Assembly: GCF_003367075.2 (NCBI RefSeq)
Contig: NZ_CP065936.1
Location: forward strand, 1,890,001 to 1,922,000
Length of the DNA stretch: 32,000 nt
Source of the DNA: Cylindrospermopsis raciborskii Cr2010
GTDB taxonomy: Bacteria > Cyanobacteriota > Cyanobacteriia > Cyanobacteriales > Nostocaceae
Direction of reading: 5' to 3'
Position 1 is the stretch's first letter. Each line of letters opens with the position of its first letter. Made by a program: the position numbers and the translations under genes. Positions 1 to 10,042 of the stretch are shown here, one piece after another. The notes below the pieces were generated by a model, which worked only from the letters and a program-made list of their open reading frames with translations, searched no databases and was not told where the DNA came from.

Positions 1-922
1 GTGAACGAACAGCGCTTGAACTTTCATCCATGGTCAATTTTACGCGTTTTCCTTTAGGGCTATAGTATAATTCATCATTCTTCGTGACAAGATACTCACC
101 ACCAATAATGTCTGAGAAGTCATTTGTAATCTCTGGATGATTCTTTGCTATGAAGCTATCTTTTTTTGAAAGCTCTTCTAACTGTCTTGTGAAATCAACG
201 TTTGACTTAATGGGTAGGGCATAATCCGCATATACTTTGGAAAGTAATTCAAGTGGATTTATTTCCTTTTCCATTGAGCTCATTTCCTCCAGGAGACGGT
301 TTCGGGCAAAATTAAGCTCTCTTCTGAATATTGCCACACCAGTTCGTTCGGCGCTGGCAATAAAAAGACGGGGGAAAAGGTCCCCAAAAATAATGTCTTT
401 TAGAGCATCTCCGATAATTCGACTAATTATTTCTTGAGGTATCCTTACCTGCTCTTTCTCAACGAGCAAAGAAATTGAAACTAGGGAAGAGTCGGCTTTT
501 TTCGATATGAAGAATAGCTGGGTTTTAGCTGCACCCATAGTCCGTTCGAAGGTTGAAAGAGGGTGTATATCACTAGAATCCAGGTTTACCAAAAACTGAC
601 TCCCGGCAAAATGTTTTTCGGAGGAAGCGAAGAAGTGAGGTAATTGTTGTGTAAATGCCTTACAACCTTTCTCAAGGATATTTGGTGCATTGCGGATGTA
701 TTCTTCAATATTTAACTCAATTAAACCTTCATTTAACAATTGCCACACATCTCCGTCGGAAATATCTATGGAGAAAGCATCACGCCAAAATGAGATAAAG
801 CCAAACAATGCATAGGTGGCATAGGTTTTACCGGTATTGTTCCCACCACATATAATAGTTAGTTCGTTAAGTGTAAACTCTGCCTGCTTGATAGGTCCGA
901 GATTCTTTATGGAAATTTTCAT
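1..922 (-). CDS. AAA/ABC-type ATP-binding protein, partial (C-terminus beyond the left window edge); not in the supplied ORF track
   Basis: Read by hand on the minus strand from ATG at 922-920; no stop down to base 2. Begins MKISIKNLGPIKQAEFTLNELTIICGGNNTGKTYATYALFGF, a Walker A-like GGNNTGKT after an SMC/OLD-like N-terminal strand. Confidence 0.75.
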   Translation of the reverse strand, partial: MKISIKNLGPIKQAEFTLNELTIICGGNNTGKTYATYALFGFISFWRDAFSIDISDGDVWQLLNEGLIELNIEEYIRNAPNILEKGCKAFTQQLPHFFASSEKHFAGSQFLVNLDSSDIHPLSTFERTMGAAKTQLFFISKKADSSLVSISLLVEKEQVRIPQEIISRIIGDALKDIIFGDLFPRLFIASAERTGVAIFRRELNFARNRLLEEMSSMEKEINPLELLSKVYADYALPIKSNVDFTRQLEELSKKDSFIAKNHPEITNDFSDIIGGEYLVTKNDELYYSPKGKRVKLTMDESSSAVRS

Positions 923-1368
923 TCGCTTTTACATTTAGCTGATTTAAATATATAGCCTTGGCCAGAACCACCTTGCAAATAGGTACGAGTAGTTGATTTT
1001 TTAAGAGAGATAACATACACCTATCTTAATGTAACAGATATCAAGTTATATGTCAACTCCGTCAACTCATCTTGTCTTGGGAGGATATGTTTAGGTAGAG
1101 CTTAGTTATAGGATGAGATTAAACAAATATACACTTTGAAATAGCCCTAAAAATTATGACTTGAGTTATAAAAATATAGATAGGAATGAGTAGCAACAGT
1201 TTGTGTTAGCTAGTATTTAATCTTAGTATAATAAATACTAATACTTTACCTATATTTTGAATCCCAAAATTTTCTACCCCAGCCTATTGACTTTTATTCT
1301 CAAAAGTTCTACATTAACTTTTGGGATTAGTTGAAACTAATTCGCAAAAATACTGAGAATTATTACTA

Positions 1369-2349
1369 ATGAACCTTAACCAATTCCTGAAAAGAAAGTT
1401 CTTGATTGCCGGTACATTGGCAACACTGACAAGTTTATTTGTCAGCAATGTAGTCAAAACCCAACCCACGGTGGCTAACTCCAATCCTCCCCCAGTAGCA
1501 CCACTGTTACTTACAAAAAATCTCAAAAATTTGACCATAGTCTTTCCTAGTCGAAAGGATGCTCCTAACCTGCAAGAACAAGTGGGGAAAGTAGCTAACT
1601 TCTTGTCCCGGGAGTTAGGAATACCCGTAAAGGCACAAATTAGCGATGATACTGCTGCTGTAGAAGCCCTAAGAGCTAATAGAGCCGATGTGGCTTTTTT
1701 AAGCAGTCGTCCAGCCTTAAAAGCGGAGGGACTAGCAAATTCTCGTTTATATCTAGCAGAGGTGAGATCTAACTACTCCGGTAGATACACTTATAATTCC
1801 ATATTTGTAGTTGCCAAAAACAGTCCTCTAACTCCTAAAGCTTCTACTAAAGCGACGCTGGAACAGCTCAGAGGCAAAAAAATTGCCTTTACCTCCCCCA
1901 CCTCTGGATCAGGGTTTATTTTCCCAGTTAGTGAGTTGGTGAAGAACGGATTTGTCCCCGACAAAGATCGGATGGAAGGTTTCTTCGGTCAAATTACTTA
2001 TGGAGGTAATTACAGTAAAGCACTGGAAGCAGTGGTACGTGGTCAAGCAGATGTAGCAACAGTTTCTGAGTATGCCATGTATCCCCCCTATATATCTACC
2101 ACAGATGCTGCTAAATTGCGAGTGCTGTATAAAATATCCGGTGTTCCCGCTCATGGAATAGTTGTTGATGATGATGTTCCAGTAGTCATGCGAGAAAAAA
2201 TTATTAACGCCTTTCTCAAGTTAAACAAACCAGAAAATAACCAATTGTTGCAGGGTTTGTATAATTCCACCGAGCTAGTGAGAGTTGATCATAATCGTCA
2301 CTTGAAACCCGTGCGCGATGCTCTGAAAAATTTGGGTATAGAACCATAG
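1369..2349 (+). CDS. phnD: Phosphate/phosphonate (or phosphite) ABC transporter, periplasmic substrate-binding protein
   Basis: 326 aa with signal-like N-terminus; ...LTIVFPSRKDAPNLQEQVGKVANFLSRELGIPVKAQISDD, RANRADVAFLSSRPAL, GKKIAFTSPTSGSGFIFP, typical of PhnD/PtxB; followed by phnC- and phnE-like genes. Confidence 0.85.
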   Translation: MNLNQFLKRKFLIAGTLATLTSLFVSNVVKTQPTVANSNPPPVAPLLLTKNLKNLTIVFPSRKDAPNLQEQVGKVANFLSRELGIPVKAQISDDTAAVEALRANRADVAFLSSRPALKAEGLANSRLYLAEVRSNYSGRYTYNSIFVVAKNSPLTPKASTKATLEQLRGKKIAFTSPTSGSGFIFPVSELVKNGFVPDKDRMEGFFGQITYGGNYSKALEAVVRGQADVATVSEYAMYPPYISTTDAAKLRVLYKISGVPAHGIVVDDDVPVVMREKIINAFLKLNKPENNQLLQGLYNSTELVRVDHNRHLKPVRDALKNLGIEP

Positions 2350-2450
2350 GGCGAAAAATGGATATGTAACTTCTATAAGTAGTTTTCTATAAAGCTATTT
2401 ACTGTCAAAAACTGTTTAGAAGTGCTAGAATATTTTTAATTAACAATAAT

Positions 2451-3194
2451 TTGGTTACTACCATGAAACTAATTGAATGTCACAATCTAAAAACAAGTTA
2501 CACTGCATCCTCAAATCGTCCGATCCTCAATGGGATTGATTTGGAGATTAGCCAAGGTGAATTTGTAGTTCTCTTGGGTTTAAACGGAGCTGGTAAATCC
2601 ACCCTCTTGCGATCGCTCATAGGGTTAGCTCCGGTAGTAGGTGGTTCTGTTTACATAAACAATAGACAGATGACAAACGAGACCTTGCCAGAAATTCGTC
2701 AAGATATTGGCATGTTATTTCAAGGTGGGGGATTAATTGGGCAGTTATCAGTTTTAGATAATGTGTTATGTGGTCGTTTAGGCAAAAGAAAAACCACCCA
2801 AACTTTATTTGGATTTCCTCGTCAGGATCACTTCTTAGCTCAACAATTATTAGCACAACTGGGTTTGAAAGGTAAAATCTATCAAAAAACCAGTCAACTC
2901 AGTGGTGGACAGCAACAAAGAGTAGCTATTGCCAGGGCTCTAATTCAATTCCCGCAAATCCTGCTAGCGGATGAACCAATTACCGGTTTAGACATGATGG
3001 CTTCTCAACAGGTAATGGAAACCCTGGTGAAACTAAATCGAGAGCAGGGATTAACTATTATTATGGTGCTACATGATTTAGCCATGGCTGCAAAATATGC
3101 TGATCGTGCTATAGTTTTGGATGCTGGGCGCATTGTTTATGACGGTAAACCTTATAATTTACCAGAGAAAGTTGCTCAGGTTTCACACTTTTAA
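2451..3194 (+). CDS. phnC: Phosphonate-type ABC transporter ATP-binding protein
   Basis: 247 aa; Walker A GLNGAGKST, signature LSGGQQQRVAIARAL, Walker B ILLADEP. Confidence 0.88.
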   Translation: MVTTMKLIECHNLKTSYTASSNRPILNGIDLEISQGEFVVLLGLNGAGKSTLLRSLIGLAPVVGGSVYINNRQMTNETLPEIRQDIGMLFQGGGLIGQLSVLDNVLCGRLGKRKTTQTLFGFPRQDHFLAQQLLAQLGLKGKIYQKTSQLSGGQQQRVAIARALIQFPQILLADEPITGLDMMASQQVMETLVKLNREQGLTIIMVLHDLAMAAKYADRAIVLDAGRIVYDGKPYNLPEKVAQVSHF

Positions 3195-3197
3195 ACT

Positions 3198-4004
3198 ATG
3201 ACAAAAACACCTAAACACCCTCTATTTAATCACTACTCTCAGCTTGTTTTTTGGTTAAGGAATATAATTATTCTCTTAGTGGTTGTGGGGGTGTATGTTT
3301 GGGCATTGCAGGGGTTAAAAGTTGATTTTGAATTGGTCAAAAACAGTTGGCCCTACGTCATAGATTTTATTGTCAGGTTATTTCCCCCCGATTGGAAGGT
3401 TCTGGATATAGCTGTTAGGGCACTAATAGAAACTGTGCAAATGTCTTTGTGGGGTACTTCTATTGGCGCGCTGCTCTCCTTACCAATTGCAGTAGCTAGT
3501 GCTAATAATATTGCACCCTTGTGGTTGCAATGGTTAGCCAATCTCCTGCAAAATGCTGTTCGTTCTGTTCCTTCGATTATTTTAGGTTTAATCTTTGTTG
3601 CTGCTACGGGTTTGGGATCACCTGCTGGAACCTTGGCCCTAGCTATCTACACTATTGGCTATCTTGCGAAATTTTATCAACAAGCCATTGAAGCTGTGGA
3701 TTCCCGTTCATTGGAATCTTTACGGGTAATTGGTGCGTCAAAGTTACAAATGGTTCAGTATGGCATATTACCTCAAGTGTTACCTTTGGGACTGGGTTAT
3801 ACTCTGTGGATGTTTGAGTATAATATTCGTGCTGCTTCTGTGCTAGGTGTGGTAGGTGCAGGTGGAATTGGGTTTCAGTTAAAGAGTTATATAGACGGTT
3901 TTGAGTATAATAAGGCGACTACTATGATGTTAGTATTGTTAGTTGTGGTGACAGTAATTGATGTTTTTAGTAGCAAGTTACGTCGCTATCTGGATTCTAT
4001 CTGA
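3198..4004 (+). CDS. phnE: Phosphonate-type ABC transporter permease
   Basis: 268 aa; ALIETVQMSLWGTSIGALLSLPIAVASANN, multiple TM segments, follows phnC by 3 nt. Confidence 0.87.
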   Translation: MTKTPKHPLFNHYSQLVFWLRNIIILLVVVGVYVWALQGLKVDFELVKNSWPYVIDFIVRLFPPDWKVLDIAVRALIETVQMSLWGTSIGALLSLPIAVASANNIAPLWLQWLANLLQNAVRSVPSIILGLIFVAATGLGSPAGTLALAIYTIGYLAKFYQQAIEAVDSRSLESLRVIGASKLQMVQYGILPQVLPLGLGYTLWMFEYNIRAASVLGVVGAGGIGFQLKSYIDGFEYNKATTMMLVLLVVVTVIDVFSSKLRRYLDSI

Positions 4005-4039
4005 TGATTGAATATTCTGCTGCGATCGCCTAAGTGTAG

Positions 4040-4064
4040 GTTGGGTTGAAGTATGAAACCCAAC
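4040..4064. terminator. Inverted repeat GTTGGGTT-N9-AACCCAAC; possible bidirectional terminator or cyanobacterial interspersed palindrome
   Basis: 8-bp perfect stem (4040-4047 with 4057-4064) between convergent phnE and Cmr RAMP genes. Confidence 0.4.
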
Positions 4065-4136
4065 GCCCGCATGAGTTAACCCATTCTACAAATAATTGTG
4101 CCTCCCTACTTAAAAAGACGATTTAATTAGTCTTAA

Positions 4137-5801
4137 TTAGTCGCCCCATAATCGTTGGAAATTACTTGCAGGCGTTCCTAAAAAAGCCAAAAATTGCCTA
4201 GTTTGAAGAGGAGGATTAGCACCAGGAAAAATAGTGAGTAATTCTATGTACCCCTTTTGGTACCCCTTTTGGCGAACTATATTACCATCTACAGTTTTCT
4301 TGTAATGAGGATACATTCGATGATAAATTCTGCCAATATTGCCCATACGACCAGTCAAGGTAGAACCCTTGATTGATTGATTCCCTTGATAATTACCATG
4401 GAACCAATGCACTGCTAAACTATCATCCTTATCTTCAGCTATACGTCCCCAAATTTGTACATTTTGAGGGTGAAAAGATTCTCTCCATAAACACCTCACA
4501 TTTTCAGGTGTTATTCCTTTAAACCTTAACCATTCTTCCACAGTTTGACGAACTTTATCAATGGCATTTTTGATATGTAGAATATTATTAACTGGGAAAT
4601 AATAGTCCTTTGAATCCGGGATGAATTCCCAGTGACAACCAATCATAGGCTTATTTTGATTATCCAAATATTCGGGTAAAAATTCTCTATGATCTATCCG
4701 ACGAGAGGATTTGCCAAATCCACCAATCAACATACTAAATCGCAGAATAGCTTTTGCTAACATTTTCAACTGCTTTTTATATTCAGGAGAAGGATTTTTC
4801 ATACAAACAATGGTTAAGGTACCACTTTTTAAATGGTAGGTGGGCATGGTGACATTATTATATCTAAACTCACCCATGACTAAATTTTCTGGATTAAAAC
4901 TAATCCCTAAATCTCCTGCTATGGCTCCATTATTTCCTGCAAATCCTCCCCACAGTTCTTTGGTTAATTGTTCTGCGGTTTTTTCATTGATCATTCCACT
5001 TAATAATCTGAGGGTATGACCACGGAGAGCAGCTTTAAATATATTGGGACGAAATTCACCACTTTTGTCTATTAACTGTGATGCTAAACCTTTGCCCTTT
5101 AGTTTAACACTTAATAATTTATTCTGGTTTTGTTCTGGTGCAATAACAGGTTGACCATAACCCGCACTGACTCTAGAACCAATACCCTTTTGTATGGCTT
5201 TATCCCAAATCTCCCAAATTGTTTGCCACTCAGTATCATCTAACTCAATATTGCTAGAAATACCAAAAACCAGGGTTGGTTGATATAGGGAAATTTGTAG
5301 GAATGCAGAATGACTATTATGATTTTTAACTTGCCATTCTTCTTGAGGGTGAACTATGTCAATTAATTGTTGCTCACGCCAACTATCATCTTTTGGATAT
5401 GCACCATGAAACCGCAATATACCTGGTTTGGTATCCTGGGTAGTTTGAGTTCCACAATATCTTATACCTTGTTCACGGGTGCAACTTCTTAAAAATGCCC
5501 CCTTCATACTAGCACCAGGATAATAGGGAAATCCATTGGCACCAATTACAGGTCTAATAATATCATCATCTTGTCCACTATTGGCAAGAAAACGCCAGGA
5601 AATCTCATATTCTTTGGTTCTCACATGAGTCCCAAATTTAGGTAGGTTTGCTACTGCTTCATCCCATTCGTCAACCCATCTTTCTGGCTTTGACCGATCT
5701 GCAATATACTGAACCTGTCCCCTTCCATCAACTTGAGCTTGAAACATTAAGGGGACTTCATTACTGTTCATTAAACGTAATTCATTAATCATCATTTTCA
5801 C
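4137..5801 (-). CDS. Type III-B large RAMP protein, module 1: Cmr6-like N-terminal region plus Cmr1-like C-terminal region
   Basis: 554 aa; Cmr6-like FPYYPGASMKGAFLRS, GILRFHGAYP, DIVHPQEEW, GIGSRVSAGYG; Cmr1-like EFRPNIFKAALRGHTLRLLSG, ELWGGFAGN, LIGGFGKSSRR. Confidence 0.8.
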   Translation of the reverse strand: MKMMINELRLMNSNEVPLMFQAQVDGRGQVQYIADRSKPERWVDEWDEAVANLPKFGTHVRTKEYEISWRFLANSGQDDDIIRPVIGANGFPYYPGASMKGAFLRSCTREQGIRYCGTQTTQDTKPGILRFHGAYPKDDSWREQQLIDIVHPQEEWQVKNHNSHSAFLQISLYQPTLVFGISSNIELDDTEWQTIWEIWDKAIQKGIGSRVSAGYGQPVIAPEQNQNKLLSVKLKGKGLASQLIDKSGEFRPNIFKAALRGHTLRLLSGMINEKTAEQLTKELWGGFAGNNGAIAGDLGISFNPENLVMGEFRYNNVTMPTYHLKSGTLTIVCMKNPSPEYKKQLKMLAKAILRFSMLIGGFGKSSRRIDHREFLPEYLDNQNKPMIGCHWEFIPDSKDYYFPVNNILHIKNAIDKVRQTVEEWLRFKGITPENVRCLWRESFHPQNVQIWGRIAEDKDDSLAVHWFHGNYQGNQSIKGSTLTGRMGNIGRIYHRMYPHYKKTVDGNIVRQKGYQKGYIELLTIFPGANPPLQTRQFLAFLGTPASNFQRLWGD

Positions 5802-6213
5802 CTGCTTTTTTATAGCGTTGAGTCCACCACACTAAGCTATCACAAAATTGTGTTAACACGGCTAAACAAACACGTTGGTCATCAATAGATAGGTTCCATA
5901 ATCTAGATGCATAGTCTTGTAGTTGTGCGGTGTCATTATTAGTTGGTATTTCTGGTAATTGTACGCCCGCATTCTTCATAATCTGTGTGAATTCTTTCCA
6001 GGTAGCCTGCCAATACTTACCTTTTTGTTGGTCATCATCATTATTTTTATTATTTTTACTCAACAGTCGTAGGTGTTCACCGGAAAATCTTTCTAAACCG
6101 TAGGCTACGGTGCTACGCATTTTATGGGATTGACCAATCACACCTTTTTTATCTCGATAGATAAGAACTAATTTTTGAGCTTTCTGATCTAAATTATAGG
6201 ATTTCCAGGTCAT
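5785..6213 (-). CDS. cmr5: Type III-B small subunit (Cmr5/Cas11-like), module 1
   Basis: 142-aa helical protein with KMRSTVAYGLERF and LTQFCDSLVWWTQRYK; lies between cmr4 and the Cmr6-like gene. Confidence 0.75.
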   Translation of the reverse strand: MTWKSYNLDQKAQKLVLIYRDKKGVIGQSHKMRSTVAYGLERFSGEHLRLLSKNNKNNDDDQQKGKYWQATWKEFTQIMKNAGVQLPEIPTNNDTAQLQDYASRLWNLSIDDQRVCLAVLTQFCDSLVWWTQRYKKAGENDD

Positions 6214-6216
6214 AAT

Positions 6217-7062
6217 TTACGCTCCTTTAACTGTTAATTGACAATGACCAAAACCAATGGACTCTAATCCACCCAAATAAATATCTCCCGTGTTACTAGT
6301 GCCAAATGCCTGCCATTTTTGTTCACCCTGGATATTGTTTCTAATAGCTATGGGAAATACTAGAATTGTGCCTTCAGGTAAGGCTTCAGTATTGAAAAAT
6401 CCACCCTTATCTACTACTTTTTGTTCCGATTGCAAACGCACCCGACTTTGGCGATATAATGCCATATCATGGATCATTCCAATATCCCCATCATCTACCA
6501 CTACTGCTGATTTTTGTTCAAGTTCAGGGAACCACGCTGATAGATCTTCAGTGTTGTTAATTTCTAAGAATCCTAGGTTAAAAAATATAGTTCTTTTACC
6601 TCCTGCAGCTTGTTTTGTCTTAATTATGGTAGAACCTGTATAAGGTGTGGGAACTGATATTTCCCGAAGAAGTTTATTTTGACCATTCTTTTTTATTTCT
6701 ACCGTGTCACCAGCTATACGTTGGTAACGTTTTAATAAGCGAGGAGAAGTAACCCAAACTATGGGTTGACCTGGACAAAAAACGGGAATCCAAATAATAG
6801 AAGCATATTCAAATTTGACAATAGATTCGTTATTTTTATCGTCATCTGCTCCGTTACCATACCAGTGATTTGCCCTTTCTTCTCCTTCTAAAATGCGAGT
6901 TTCAGCCCGCAATCTTCCACGAATGGAACTACCGGGAATAATCCCCGTTTGGGTGAACTGGTCACGGAATATGAGGTTCAAATTACCACTTTCTTCTCCT
7001 GCAGTTGCACCAACATGAACGGGTGCTAGTGTTTCTATAATGCCATATTGTTTGGTGTACAT
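6217..7062 (-). CDS. cmr4: Type III-B RAMP protein Cmr4 (Cas7), module 1
   Basis: 281 aa; IIETLAPVHVGATAGEESGNLNLIFRDQFTQTGIIPGSSIRGRLR, FPVFCPGQPIVWVTSPRLLKRY-type motifs, GLESIGFGHCQL. Confidence 0.88.
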   Translation of the reverse strand: MYTKQYGIIETLAPVHVGATAGEESGNLNLIFRDQFTQTGIIPGSSIRGRLRAETRILEGEERANHWYGNGADDDKNNESIVKFEYASIIWIPVFCPGQPIVWVTSPRLLKRYQRIAGDTVEIKKNGQNKLLREISVPTPYTGSTIIKTKQAAGGKRTIFFNLGFLEINNTEDLSAWFPELEQKSAVVVDDGDIGMIHDMALYRQSRVRLQSEQKVVDKGGFFNTEALPEGTILVFPIAIRNNIQGEQKWQAFGTSNTGDIYLGGLESIGFGHCQLTVKGA

Positions 7063-7073
7063 TTTTTCTTCCT

Positions 7074-8153
7074 TTAGTTAATTCCCTGAATTTCTACTGG
7101 TAAACACAAACCACAGCCTACTTTTTTGAGACTGTAACCTTCGTTAGGAAACCATTTTTCATCCCATTTCCACCACGGTTGATTAATGGGTTCTTTGAGG
7201 AGGTAAACGCTACCAGCAGGTACAGCATAACGTCCTCTTCCTAAAGTTCCCTGGGAACGAAAACGATAGGGAACTGCTTTGTCTGTGAGTAATTGCACAA
7301 CCTGGGGAAAGGGATGACTGTCATCTTCTGGGTGGGGATAACGGTGAGAAATACGGTTGGATCCCCATACTCCCGGTGTCAATAAGGCAAAACTTTTACC
7401 AATGGGTTGTTGGAGTAATTCCTTGGTTTTGGGTTGAAGTTTTTTACAGGTTATTTCCACAATGTGATTTTCGCCCCCGAATTTATACCAACCATTATCG
7501 ATATCATAAGTGGATAAATAGACTAAACAAACATCATCTGGTAGTTGTACGGAGTTTTCTAAAAACAATCCATCGGATTTTTCAACGCGTCTTGCTGAAA
7601 ACTCAATTTTCGGGTGGAGAAAAGAAACAAATTTCCAAGGATCATTAGCAAGGTTACAAGAATCATTACTAGGTTTACTAGCTTTGACTAGTTCTTTGGT
7701 AGGTAATTTCCACGACTCTATGGTTTGCCAATTATAATCTGACTCCAATTTATAGTCTAGCTTCTCCTCTTGTTTATTATCCTGCTTGTTAGGCAAATAC
7801 CATTCGCCATTTTGGATATTCCACTCTCCCCATTCTTTTTTGCCAATAATTTTATTGCGTGGTATGGGAACAAAAAAGTTCTGTGGATTATCTGAGTTTG
7901 CCCAAAAGGGCCCAGCTACATACAAATTATCTCTTAATTCTACTTGAGATCGCTTGTTATTGACCTTATTGATGCTAAATATGAGACCCGCCAAAGTAGC
8001 AGCTTCAGGGGGGAATTTAGCACCAGAGCGACCTACTAAGTTTTCCGGAGATAAAAATGCCCCCGCACTGCCATACATAAGTCCCAAAGGACTAATACTA
8101 ATTAAGTAATTGAACATAAATGCCAACCTACTTCTACTAAGTCCGTAATCCAA
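7074..8153 (-). CDS. cmr3: Type III-B RAMP protein Cmr3 (Cas5), module 1; likely start at the internal Met near 8117
   Basis: MFNYLISISPLGLMYGSAGAFLSPENLVGRSGAKFPPEAATLAGLIF, RYRFRSQGTLGRGRYAVPAGSVYLL; overlaps the cmr2 3' end. Confidence 0.85.
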   Translation of the reverse strand: MDYGLSRSRLAFMFNYLISISPLGLMYGSAGAFLSPENLVGRSGAKFPPEAATLAGLIFSINKVNNKRSQVELRDNLYVAGPFWANSDNPQNFFVPIPRNKIIGKKEWGEWNIQNGEWYLPNKQDNKQEEKLDYKLESDYNWQTIESWKLPTKELVKASKPSNDSCNLANDPWKFVSFLHPKIEFSARRVEKSDGLFLENSVQLPDDVCLVYLSTYDIDNGWYKFGGENHIVEITCKKLQPKTKELLQQPIGKSFALLTPGVWGSNRISHRYPHPEDDSHPFPQVVQLLTDKAVPYRFRSQGTLGRGRYAVPAGSVYLLKEPINQPWWKWDEKWFPNEGYSLKKVGCGLCLPVEIQGIN

Positions 8154-9718
8154 TCAATAATAGCTTTTGCCTTTTCTATGGTATCAGCATCATCACTAAA
8201 TCCTGATAATTTTTGAGCTAATTCCTCTTGATTTTTATTCATTTGATTGATCAAGGTAGTAACCAAACTTGGTTCAGAATCTTGACTAGGGAAGTAAAGA
8301 TCTAAAAAATGCAAAGCTGTTACCAAGGCTGTTATTTCAACCAGTTTAGTTTTATTGACATTAGTACGATCATCAATATCAAAAGCACGCCGGGATTTTA
8401 AATATGCCAAATCTTGATAAATGTGACTCCAATTTGCTTTTCCTTCTCTGTCTTTGTATTTGGTTAGAATATCCAAATAGTCCCAAGGACAAGTCCACTG
8501 AACATACTGACCACTGTTAAATAGTATGCGCATAGTTATCCTATTTCTTCCCCGAGACTTAGCTACTTTTTCAGCTTCCCGACAGTGTTGTAAAACATCT
8601 CGCTGAGGCACACTACCTGCTACCCAGACAAAACCAACACTCAATGAAATTTCTTGTTCATGTTTTTTCCATGTATCATTTAAACCCAGCAACCACTCAT
8701 AAGCAGTTAATGGGGAGACAGAAAGACTAGGATCTTGACTATAAATTACCCCTAAAAAGTCATCACCACCAGCATAAACTACCTTACCTAAATCGAATCC
8801 TCGTTCAAAATCTCTACCCCATTGTCGTATAGCTAGGCTGAAATTGTGAATTGCAGTATCAGGATCTTCCATCCTAGCTAGTTTTTGCAAGTGATATCCG
8901 ACTCTATCACCATCCCCCATAAACCATCCTGTCCACTGACCCTTAAAGGTTTCCGTTGGTTTACGTTGTATTTCTCTAAAATTTGTGAGCGATCGCTCTA
9001 TATTAATTCCCTTTTGAATTTCGTGCCATGTTATGAGACGTTTAACCAGTTCGGGAATACTGAGTTTTTCATTGACTGCAATAAATTTACCTTCGGGATT
9101 TTCTTCCTCCGTATTGTCGGTTAATTTAGCTAATTCAGTATAGAAATTTTGAATTTGTTCTTTTTCCCACCCATAATTCAAAGTTTGAGGATTGCGATGA
9201 CTTGAGCCCAGATCAGGGAATGCAATACCATCGGATCCACTTAAACTAGAACTTTCGCCAATCCAATTGACAGCGCTCCAATCGCGGGATAACTTTTTAA
9301 CTTCTAGGTCAGACATTGCAGCAATAATAGTATCACCAGAGCCTTGGAATACTTCCCATGCGTGGGAACCCCATAAACTCCATTCTCTCTCCCAGTAATA
9401 TGGACCACAGTTGGTAATATTACCCTCTATCCATTCTCGGCAATGTTTTAGTAATTCCTTCCAGGAACAGAGTATAATATGCTCAGCTGTTTCTTTTGTG
9501 AGTTCCCCCTTAATTAGAATACGATTGGGCATTCCCTTGAGAATGTTAGGACTTGCGGGAGAAATTAGCCTTAAATCTGGATCTTGATCCACATGTTTGG
9601 CTATTTTTTTACTTAAATAAGATAAAATCAGGGATGCACCATACAAGTCTCGTAGTTTACGGGACTTTTCGATGAAACCTTGTACGGGAGCAAAAGTGAC
9701 AACACTATACTTACCCAT
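8102..9718 (-). CDS. cmr2: Cas10/Cmr2, module 1, no recognisable N-terminal HD domain
   Basis: 538 aa; N-terminus MGKYSVVTFAPVQGFIEKSRKLRDLYGAS; VYAGGDDFLGVI (GGDD encoded at 8759-8770, minus strand). Confidence 0.92.
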   Translation of the reverse strand: MGKYSVVTFAPVQGFIEKSRKLRDLYGASLILSYLSKKIAKHVDQDPDLRLISPASPNILKGMPNRILIKGELTKETAEHIILCSWKELLKHCREWIEGNITNCGPYYWEREWSLWGSHAWEVFQGSGDTIIAAMSDLEVKKLSRDWSAVNWIGESSSLSGSDGIAFPDLGSSHRNPQTLNYGWEKEQIQNFYTELAKLTDNTEEENPEGKFIAVNEKLSIPELVKRLITWHEIQKGINIERSLTNFREIQRKPTETFKGQWTGWFMGDGDRVGYHLQKLARMEDPDTAIHNFSLAIRQWGRDFERGFDLGKVVYAGGDDFLGVIYSQDPSLSVSPLTAYEWLLGLNDTWKKHEQEISLSVGFVWVAGSVPQRDVLQHCREAEKVAKSRGRNRITMRILFNSGQYVQWTCPWDYLDILTKYKDREGKANWSHIYQDLAYLKSRRAFDIDDRTNVNKTKLVEITALVTALHFLDLYFPSQDSEPSLVTTLINQMNKNQEELAQKLSGFSDDADTIEKAKAIIDWITDLVEVGWHLCSIT

Positions 9719-10042
9719 TTTCTCTAACTCGTGTTTGCTTATTCTATATAGTACATACTTAGAAGGTACACTTTTAACAAAAGCTCAGTTTTGTAACAAT
9801 TCTTGACATATCACAGACTTTCCTCTAGTGGGGAACACCAATTAGGGTAAAGGTTAATGGCTAGAAGTGAGTGCTAGGTAGACTTTCTGACTTACCTCAG
9901 CCGTATATGACTATGGCTACAAAACTTGTGTTATATTGTTACATTGCAGTCTTCTATCTCAAAGCAATTTAATCTACGGATTGAAAAAGTTTAATACTTT
10001 CCGCTCCCCAGTTTTACACCTTGAGAAAAATCAATAAGGAAC

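Noticed and set aside
237-437. Plus-strand 66-aa ORF
   Set aside because: Lies antisense within the partial ATPase gene at 1-922 and shows no family features.
1314-1538. Minus-strand 74-aa ORF, and similar antisense ORFs at 1909-2154, 2617-2856, 3353-3541
   Set aside because: Antisense to well-supported phn genes (1314-1538 only partly), no motifs.
6290-6643. Plus-strand ORFs of 117, 90, 79, 82 and 70 aa inside the cmr genes (6290, 7376, 8885, 28973, 30031)
   Set aside because: They are antisense shadows of confident minus-strand Cmr genes.
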